Source: Candidatus Bathyarchaeota archaeon
GTDB taxonomy: Archaea > Thermoproteota > Bathyarchaeia > Bathyarchaeales > Bathycorpusculaceae
Reading direction: 5' to 3'
Length of the DNA: 24,171 nt
NCBI GenBank assembly: GCA_030627225.1
Contig: DAOUSM010000001.1
Coordinates: 1 to 24,171 of the forward strand
The translations under genes were made by a program, and so were the position numbers. Shown here piece by piece: positions 17,745-24,171 of the stretch. The notes beneath the pieces were generated by a model. The model was given only the letters and a program-made list of their open reading frames with translations. It was not told where the DNA came from and did not search any database. Every line of letters starts with the position of its first letter. Position 1 is the stretch's first letter.

Positions 17745-18512
17745 TTACCATATTATTGATAGGCATGTTAGGGCACCTTCTCCTTTGCGGAATTCTGACA
17801 TTTCCAACTCTTTGACGAAAAAACCTTCTTTTTCTATGAGTTTCTTGGTCTTAGGGTGACCCCTTGCCATCAAAACTGTTCCGTTTATCGCAAGGCAATC
17901 TGCAGCATATTCCTCTCCTCGTGGAACCACAATTTTCTTATAGTCTCGCAGAATGTCTGTGTCAAAGTGTCCCTTTGAAAGTATGACATAGTTATTTCCA
18001 AGATAAGTGCACGCAGACTTTAGATGAACTACGTTGCGAACCTTCACTGGAACTATCTCCAAGTTGCTGTTTTCCAGAATTTTTCTAAGTTGATGTATAG
18101 CGTGTGGATTAGTTCTATCTGAGAGCCCTACGAAAACTTTGTCTTCAATTTTAAGAACGTCTCCGCCGTCAATGGTGGCTGGCGGTTTAATGTAATATGT
18201 TTCTTTAAGTTTTTCCAGCACCTTGGCGACTTCAGTTACTTCCTTGACTCGGGATTTTATTTTCATGTTGCAGATTATGGCCTTTTCCCCTAATATTACG
18301 GCTGTGTCCTCTACAAAGCAGCTATCAGGGAGAGTATTGTCGCCCTCTATCCAGATGAGTTCCAATCCAAGCTTCTGTAAAGCCTTGCAATATTCTGCAT
18401 GTTGCCTCTTTGCGAGAGCAACATCTATTCTTTTGACATTTGTCCTTACACAACGATCATAGGAATCGGGTACAGGTCGAACAATGGCGTATTTGACTGT
18501 AGGCGTATTCAT
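17745..18512 (-). CDS. Dimethylarginine dimethylaminohydrolase (amidinotransferase superfamily)
   Basis: PDSCFVEDTAV, IDGGDV, HLKSA and EFRKGEGALTCLS, with the catalytic Cys/His and substrate-binding Glu-Asp present. Confidence 0.85.
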   Translation of the reverse strand: MNTPTVKYAIVRPVPDSYDRCVRTNVKRIDVALAKRQHAEYCKALQKLGLELIWIEGDNTLPDSCFVEDTAVILGEKAIICNMKIKSRVKEVTEVAKVLEKLKETYYIKPPATIDGGDVLKIEDKVFVGLSDRTNPHAIHQLRKILENSNLEIVPVKVRNVVHLKSACTYLGNNYVILSKGHFDTDILRDYKKIVVPRGEEYAADCLAINGTVLMARGHPKTKKLIEKEGFFVKELEMSEFRKGEGALTCLSIIW

Positions 18513-18581
18513 AAATTTCGTGCTCCGTTTTAACGCTATACCTTAACACACTGATTTGAGTAAACATATATCTCGCATCAA

Positions 18582-19760
18582 TCAGCGAGTTCTAATTGCC
18601 TTTTCGGCGTTTTCTACAAGTATCTCTTTTTTGTCTGTTGGCACTATCACGCTTGCGGCGTACTGGTGTCCGTCGGCTATTCCGAAGCCTTCAGAGGCTT
18701 TATCCAAAAGGTTTACTGCTCCTAGCAACTTTCCATCTTCAATTTGAGGCTGCATGGGCTTTGGCACTCTAGCAGAAGCCTTAACAAATTTTTCTTTTAG
18801 TTTTCCCCAGCCCGGAATTTCCGACGGCACGTTTACAAATCCTAGTATGTACTTGTCTGGTTTTATTAGGCGTGCTTGATACGACAGAAACGAGCAGAAT
18901 TGTCCTATCACTTTCGTGCCCATGCCTGCGTACATGTTTCCAGCGTCAAACCATTGAATGTGCTCCGTTTCCTTAAGCCTTTCATGGTAGAGCCTTCCTA
19001 AAAGCCGGCGGTTAGCTTCTTTGCGTCTAGCCTCCAAAACCTTCACCTTCTCTTCGGCTTTCTTGCTTAATCCCTCTAAACAAGCGTTTATCCCGATTTC
19101 TGGTCCGCCTTCATAATAGCCAACCGCCCCCAAGATCTGAAGCTTCGAAAATAAGCTGTCTATACGCGTTTTAAACTTCGTTATTTCAAAACTTTTACCC
19201 TTTTGCTGAACTACTTCGTTTTTTAAGGCTTCCTCCAAAATCATCCTATTTATTCCAAGAAAGCCCTTCGGGATTTCACAGCTTCCAACCAAAGCCAGAT
19301 AGCTCAAGTCCATATTATTGTCGCTTAAGGCTTTTGCAAACAAGTAGCAACACGTGGCTCCTGAAAAGTCTGTTTCGCCTTTAAAACCGAAGTGTTCAAG
19401 GTTTAAATCTAAAACTTTCGGGTCTCTTGATGGTTTTGGATCGTGATGGTCCAATACTATTGTTAGGTTTCTGCTGTTGTTGCATTCGGATATTAGGTCT
19501 GCATGCGACGAGCCAATATCTACATAAAAAATTGTTTGTCCAGTTTTTGAATGTAAATCTTCAATTACTTCCGTATAGATTTTTTCTAAGCAAAACGTTT
19601 TGGCTTTTATGCCCTCTCGTTCCAGAGCCCTTTTCGTTATTGCGGCTGAGCATAAACCGTCTGCATCATCATGATGAACTATTGTTGCTTCTTTCGGCTT
19701 TGCTGCTCTTAGCTCTGTGATTGCTTGGTTTGTTTTCTTTTTAAACTCTTCTGGCTCCAT
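18582..19760 (-). CDS. DHH-family phosphoesterase (RecJ-like)
   Basis: IVHHDDADGLCS, YVDIGS, VLDHH, CYLFA, LALVG and a C-terminal DHHA1-like VKASAR...DGHQYAAS. Confidence 0.8.
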   Translation of the reverse strand: MEPEEFKKKTNQAITELRAAKPKEATIVHHDDADGLCSAAITKRALEREGIKAKTFCLEKIYTEVIEDLHSKTGQTIFYVDIGSSHADLISECNNSRNLTIVLDHHDPKPSRDPKVLDLNLEHFGFKGETDFSGATCCYLFAKALSDNNMDLSYLALVGSCEIPKGFLGINRMILEEALKNEVVQQKGKSFEITKFKTRIDSLFSKLQILGAVGYYEGGPEIGINACLEGLSKKAEEKVKVLEARRKEANRRLLGRLYHERLKETEHIQWFDAGNMYAGMGTKVIGQFCSFLSYQARLIKPDKYILGFVNVPSEIPGWGKLKEKFVKASARVPKPMQPQIEDGKLLGAVNLLDKASEGFGIADGHQYAASVIVPTDKKEILVENAEKAIRTR

Positions 19761-19771
19761 ATATAACGCCT

Positions 19772-20305
19772 TTAACCTATTGTTTTCAGTATATCTGAAC
19801 GTGTTATTATTCCGATTACTTTCTTGCCCCTTGTGACTAATACGCCTTGGTGTCTTTCAAGTAGTGGGCGGATTGCATTTATGCTCGTTTCCTCAGAGGC
19901 TGTTGGCAGCGGTGGGTCCATGATGCTTTCTACTTTTTCGGTTGCTATGTTTGAACTTAGGTTTCTAATTATGCTTTCCTCGGTTACCGTTCCCACAACT
20001 CTGCTTCCGTTCATCACGGGCATTTGAGAAATGGCGTGTCTCACCATAACTTCGCTTACTTTTAGTATGCTGTCGTTTGGCTTTGCGAAAAGCACTCCCT
20101 TAGTCATTACGTCTCTACATTTCCTCTTTTCCCCTTCTGTTAAAACCTGTAAAATCTTATTTATAGTTGAAAGCCTCGGGTCAACCTTCCCCTGCTCTAT
20201 TTTCGCTATGTGAGCTTGTGAAACGCCGACAAGCTGTGCTACCCTTTTCTGAGTTAATCCCGCCTCTATTCTTAACTTTTTAAGCAAGCCTCTCGTTACT
20301 ACCAA
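19772..20305 (-). CDS. XRE-family HTH transcriptional regulator with a C-terminal CBS pair
   Basis: LKKLRIEAGLTQKRVAQLVGVSQAHIAKIEQGKVDPRLST, then CBS repeats (SQMPVM...VVGTVTE, GVLVT...GIITRSDIL). Shine-Dalgarno-like GGTGAT upstream. Confidence 0.9.
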   Translation of the reverse strand: MVVTRGLLKKLRIEAGLTQKRVAQLVGVSQAHIAKIEQGKVDPRLSTINKILQVLTEGEKRKCRDVMTKGVLFAKPNDSILKVSEVMVRHAISQMPVMNGSRVVGTVTEESIIRNLSSNIATEKVESIMDPPLPTASEETSINAIRPLLERHQGVLVTRGKKVIGIITRSDILKTIG

Positions 20306-20402
20306 AATATAATCACCAGTTATTTTTGGCTATAAATTAATACAGTAAAATATATATTTGTTGTTGTGCATACAAGCTAAACTTCACAAAGGATGGCTGA
20401 TC

Positions 20403-21611
20403 ATGCGGAACATAGTTGTAGAAGACTTGAAACAGACACCCCTTGAAAAGCAACGTATAGAAATAGTTGAAAGAAAAGGACTTGGGCATCCAGACTACAT
20501 ATGCGACGCAATAATGGATCAAATTTCCGTACGCCTAAGCAAGGAATATTTAGAGAAGGCTGGTGCAATACTGCATCACAATGTTGATAAGTCTTTACTT
20601 GTGGCTGGCGTGTCTGAACCAAAATTCGGCGGAGGATTGGTAAAGCAACCGATGCTTCTCGTGTTTGGTGATAGGGCAACCTCAGAGATTAATGGCGAAA
20701 AAATAGATGTTGAAGAAATCGCCGTAAATGTTGCCAAAGAATGGTTTAGAAAGAACATGCGTTTTGTAGACCCGGAAAAGCACGTAAAATATCAGGTTGA
20801 GCTGAAACCAGGCTCCGCGGGTCTTGTGGACATTTTTAAGCGGAAAGGAAAAGTTTTAGGAGCCAATGACACTTCGGCGGCCGTGGGTTATGCACCAATG
20901 ACCAGAACAGAGAAAATAGTCCTAAAAACTGAACAGTTTCTAAACTCGAAAGAGTTTAAACAACGTTTTCCAGAATCCGGCGAAGACATAAAAGTCATGG
21001 CCTATAGAAACAACAACGGCCTACACTTAACGATTTCCATGGCTTTTGTCGACCGTTACATAAATAGCGAAGAAGAATATTTCGAAAAGAGAGCGAAAAT
21101 CTTAGAAGAAACCGACAGATTCGTCAAGATGAACACAGATTTCGACACGGTTAACGTGGAGTTAAATACCTTGGATGTGCCTGGTAGAGGCATAGGCGGC
21201 ATATACCTAACAGTTTTGGGTACAAGCGCAGAGAGCGGCGATTCCGGACAGGTAGGTAGAGGAAACCGTGTAAACGGCTTAATATCGCTGAATAGACCTT
21301 TCTGTTCAGAGGCTGCCGCTGGCAAAAACCCTGTCAGCCACGTCGGAAAAATCTACAACGTCCTAACATACAAAATAGCCCAACACGTTTATGAAGAAGT
21401 GCCCGAAGTTGAAGAAGTCTACATTTGGTTATTAAGCAAAATCGGAAGCCCCATAGACCACCCAGCAATCGCAGCAGCCCAAGTTATAATGAAAGGAAAC
21501 AACTCACTAGAAAAAGTTAGACGCGAAATAGAAGAAGTATTAGACTACGAACTGGAAAACATAGAAAAATTCTGCATGGAACTAGCTCAAGGAAAAATCC
21601 CAATCTGTTAG
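20403..21611 (+). CDS. mat: S-adenosylmethionine synthetase, archaeal type
   Basis: IEIVERKGLGHPDYICD, LHHNVDK, GANDTS, GEDIKVM, GTSAESGDSGQVGRGNRVNG and AAAGKNPVSHVGKIYN. ATG 20403 is preferred. Confidence 0.96.
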   Translation: MRNIVVEDLKQTPLEKQRIEIVERKGLGHPDYICDAIMDQISVRLSKEYLEKAGAILHHNVDKSLLVAGVSEPKFGGGLVKQPMLLVFGDRATSEINGEKIDVEEIAVNVAKEWFRKNMRFVDPEKHVKYQVELKPGSAGLVDIFKRKGKVLGANDTSAAVGYAPMTRTEKIVLKTEQFLNSKEFKQRFPESGEDIKVMAYRNNNGLHLTISMAFVDRYINSEEEYFEKRAKILEETDRFVKMNTDFDTVNVELNTLDVPGRGIGGIYLTVLGTSAESGDSGQVGRGNRVNGLISLNRPFCSEAAAGKNPVSHVGKIYNVLTYKIAQHVYEEVPEVEEVYIWLLSKIGSPIDHPAIAAAQVIMKGNNSLEKVRREIEEVLDYELENIEKFCMELAQGKIPIC

Positions 21612-21727
21612 TTTTTACTTTCGTTCCGGAAGATTTTTACTCCGTTCATTTCTTGGGCATATTCGAAACTAGCTTCTATTAGCTCGCTTACCTTCTCCTT
21701 GAGGGAGGCAAAGAATAAGGTTTTCTA

Positions 21728-21919
21728 TTATTTTTTGAAGGCGTGGCTTAAAATCCATATAGCGAGTAAGAGCGCTATAATTGGCCACCAAGGTATGTTG
21801 ATGTTCATTTGAAACAATTCATTGGCAACTCCTACGATGCCAAAAATGAGAAGTAAAGTTCCAATCAAGAAAGCCCAAAAATTTATCCTCATTAATTTGA
21901 GCCCCCACTCCATGTACAA
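21728..21919 (-). CDS. Small two-helix membrane protein, hypothetical
   Basis: 63 aa with two hydrophobic segments (FWAFLIGTLLLIFGIVGV; IPWWPIIALLLAIWIL). Confidence 0.6.
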   Translation of the reverse strand: MYMEWGLKLMRINFWAFLIGTLLLIFGIVGVANELFQMNINIPWWPIIALLLAIWILSHAFKK

Positions 21920-22027
21920 ATATTTCTACCTTTTTAGAATACATATAACTTGTGGTTAATTAACTATGTATGTTGCAAAGCTTTATCATCTAGTTTGTTG
22001 CATTTGCTCTATAAAATTGGTGTTCAT

Positions 22028-23038
22028 ATGGATGCTTGGGAAGCTGCTAGAAACGCGTTGGAGTGTGTTTTAGAAGCAAAGGAAGGCGAAAGCATAGTTA
22101 TTTTTTGTGATGATGTTAAGATGGATGTTGGTAAGGCATTTGCAAATGGTGCCTTAAAGCTTGGCCTTCAGACACGTTTGGTGCTGTTGAAAACTGATGC
22201 AAACGTTTTCCGAAAAGAAATTCCGCAACAAATAGTGGGAATTTTGACAAAACAGACACCAGACATTTACATTAATCTTTTGCGTGGAGTTCGTGAAGAG
22301 ACGCCGTTCAGAATAAAACTCATAAAAATGGAGACAAAAGACCGTAAAACACGTTTGGGGCATTGTCCTGGCGTTACGTTAGACATGCTTACTGATGGAG
22401 CCTTAGCCTTAACAACCGAAGAGCATAAACAAATGCAAGGCTTTGCGAAAAACCTGATTCAAAAACTAAGTAAAGCAGTAAGAGTGAAAATAACGAATTC
22501 TGCTGGCACGAACGTTTACTTAAGTGTTGAAGGAAGACCTTTCTTTACAGACACCGTAATTGACTGGAAAACGATGAAGTGGATGAATTTGCCAACAGGC
22601 GAGGTCATAGTGGCACCAGTGGAAAACTCTCTTGAAGGCAAACTGGTGTGCGACATGGCTATAGGCGGAATAGGCTCAATAAAGACTCCTGTTAAATTAA
22701 CTGTTCAAAATGGCATAGTACAAGATTCTTCATCAGAAGACCCTCAAGCCTTGAGAAGGGTTAGGGATTCCTTGAACACGGATGAATGGTCAAACACGGT
22801 AGGAGAATTTGCCTTTGGAATAAACCCGAAAGCAAGATTTGTGGAAGAGTTTCTTGAATCTGAGAAAATATTGGGCACAATTCATATAGCCTTCGGCAAC
22901 AACTCCGACATGCCTGGCGGAAAAAACCATTCCAAAAACCACATGGATTTTCTAATATCGAAGCCTACGGTGAAAATCTTTAACAAAGATGGCTCAAGCA
23001 TGGATGTACTTGTGAGCGGAGTTTTCCAGCATTTATAG
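22028..23038 (+). CDS. M29-family (AmpS/thermophilic) metalloaminopeptidase
   Basis: NLPTGEVIVAP, GEFAFGINP, ESEKILGTIHIAFG and KNHMDF. ATG 22028 is preferred. Confidence 0.85.
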   Translation: MDAWEAARNALECVLEAKEGESIVIFCDDVKMDVGKAFANGALKLGLQTRLVLLKTDANVFRKEIPQQIVGILTKQTPDIYINLLRGVREETPFRIKLIKMETKDRKTRLGHCPGVTLDMLTDGALALTTEEHKQMQGFAKNLIQKLSKAVRVKITNSAGTNVYLSVEGRPFFTDTVIDWKTMKWMNLPTGEVIVAPVENSLEGKLVCDMAIGGIGSIKTPVKLTVQNGIVQDSSSEDPQALRRVRDSLNTDEWSNTVGEFAFGINPKARFVEEFLESEKILGTIHIAFGNNSDMPGGKNHSKNHMDFLISKPTVKIFNKDGSSMDVLVSGVFQHL

Positions 23039-23103
23039 CTCTGCATGGTTAAAACGTTTAAATGGTTGAAAATTGAACTTATGAACGAAAGGCGGAATGA
23101 GTA

Positions 23104-23364
23104 ATGACTGAAGCAAGTGAGAAGCTGCCTATATCTGACTTCTATAAAGTCATAGACTATGTCACAATTTTTAAAAGTGAAAAATGGTGGGAGGCAATAG
23201 TTGTTTTCGAATCCTTTGGAAGACGGTCGATTGGCATGTATCTTTGGCAGAACAGAAACGGCGTGTGGAAGAGAAAACACAAGTTTAATATAAGAAATCT
23301 TGATGAATGGAACAAGCTTAAGAGCGCAATAGAGCAGCTCACACCAAAACTTGTTTCAAAATAG
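23104..23364 (+). CDS. Small hypothetical protein, possibly with a PC4-like nucleic-acid-binding fold
   Basis: 86 aa with beta-rich aromatic/basic segments (WWEAIVV, IGMYLWQ, GVWKRKHKFNI) followed by a helix. The fold is my guess. Confidence 0.6.
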   Translation: MTEASEKLPISDFYKVIDYVTIFKSEKWWEAIVVFESFGRRSIGMYLWQNRNGVWKRKHKFNIRNLDEWNKLKSAIEQLTPKLVSK

Positions 23365-23451
23365 TCTATTATTTTTGGATTTTAAATCCTTATTCAAAAT
23401 AAGAATCCAAAATTGAATAATTTTATTAATTCACTCTCACAACACACAAGA

Positions 23452-23937
23452 ATGGCGAACATAATGGAGGCCGAACAGGAAACACAAGAAGACACGCAAT
23501 ACGAGGAAGAAACATACATAGAGGAAGGTGAGGGAGGCATCTCTGGAGAGCAAGAAACAGAACAACGCGAAGAATATGTTATTGCAGGGCAAGAGACGGA
23601 GCAAAGTGTTGTTGTAGAAGAAGAGAAGGAGCAAGCAGAAGAACTTGAAAAACAGGACTTAATACCAACGAAACGGAGCTTAATAATAAATAATCAAGGC
23701 GAAGACAGAAGCAGCTTCGTACACGGGCTTTCCGTGGGTCTGGGAATGGGCTGTATCACAACTTTCGTCATAATGTGGATTACAGTTTTCTTCATTCCAC
23801 AGCTACCATCAACAGTCACATATGAGGCCATGCTCTCAGTATTCATATACCCGCTCATCTACCTGTTGGCAGTAGGTTTAATTGCGCTAACAGCTGGCAT
23901 AGTAAGAGAATACTACACAAGAAAAGACAACTTCTAA
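23452..23937 (+). CDS. Membrane protein with an acidic low-complexity N-terminus and two C-terminal TM helices
   Basis: Glu-rich first ~80 aa, then GLSVGLGMGCITTFVIMWITVFF and VFIYPLIYLLAVGLIALTAGIV. Confidence 0.7.
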   Translation: MANIMEAEQETQEDTQYEEETYIEEGEGGISGEQETEQREEYVIAGQETEQSVVVEEEKEQAEELEKQDLIPTKRSLIINNQGEDRSSFVHGLSVGLGMGCITTFVIMWITVFFIPQLPSTVTYEAMLSVFIYPLIYLLAVGLIALTAGIVREYYTRKDNF

Positions 23938-24019
23938 TGCGAAAATCTAAAATTCCGCGTGTTTCTTTGTTGCTAAACAATTTAATAACTAACAGCCTAA
24001 ACTTATAATTGTGAAAGCG

Positions 24020-24171
24020 ATGCCCCACTCTTTCAAACAACTTTTAGAGAAAATCACAAGTGAAAAAGCCCCAGGGCCATCCCCAACATTCTCCACATTC
24101 CATGTATTGCGTGCCATAGAGCTCATAGCGGAAAAACCGATAGGCAGCAGCAAACTCGCTGAAGAACTAAA
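24020..24171 (+). CDS. Winged-helix protein (DUF4443-like), 3'-truncated by the window edge
   Basis: MPHSFKQLLEKITSEKAPGPSPTFSTFHVLRAIELIAEKPIGSSKLAEEL; open to the window end. Confidence 0.6.
   Translation, partial: MPHSFKQLLEKITSEKAPGPSPTFSTFHVLRAIELIAEKPIGSSKLAEEL

Noticed and set aside
21608-21727. A 38-codon open frame (KTLFFASLKEKVSELIEASF...) continuing in frame after the small membrane gene
   Set aside because: It is preceded by a double stop TAA TAG, has no usable start and no recognisable homology; probably chance.
100-24040. The many 60-170 aa antisense or overlapping ORFs in the track (for example 2058-2561, 6984-7367, 10559-10876, 12822-13154)
   Set aside because: They lie opposite or within well-supported genes and show no family motifs; they are shadow ORFs.
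1-24171. tRNA, rRNA, CRISPR array, transposase or integrase
   Set aside because: None was recognised. Intergenic gaps are short and AT-rich, with no cloverleaf or regularly spaced repeats visible by eye; a covariance-model search was not possible.

Overview
Archaeal chromosomal window of mostly housekeeping genes. The gene set (archaeal-type MAT, FEN1, EF-1beta with a Zn-ribbon gene, Cdc48, Pth2, TruD, TrpB2) fits a TACK-group archaeon; Bathyarchaeia is my inference from protein style, not proven. In order: a partial metF followed by a split (two-gene) cobalamin-independent methionine synthase; glmS; pcm; trpB2; fen; a frameshifted small alpha/beta-barrel gene; Zn-ribbon/ef1b; cdc48/wHTH; geranylgeranyl reductase/pth2/truD; a radical SAM gene; an aldo-keto reductase; LysE/HAD; DDAH/DHH/HTH-CBS divergent from mat; an M29 aminopeptidase; and small hypotheticals. 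The standout is pcm (protein-L-isoaspartate O-methyltransferase). It appears as two broken ORFs but is interrupted by a 31-nt insertion (5073-5103) that folds into a bulge-helix-bulge (BHB) motif. Cutting at the canonical tRNA-splicing-endonuclease positions rejoins the frame exactly and restores the conserved QTVSAPHMV motif. This is a candidate archaeal mRNA intron in a gene other than cbf5. I recognised no tRNA, rRNA, CRISPR array or mobile element.
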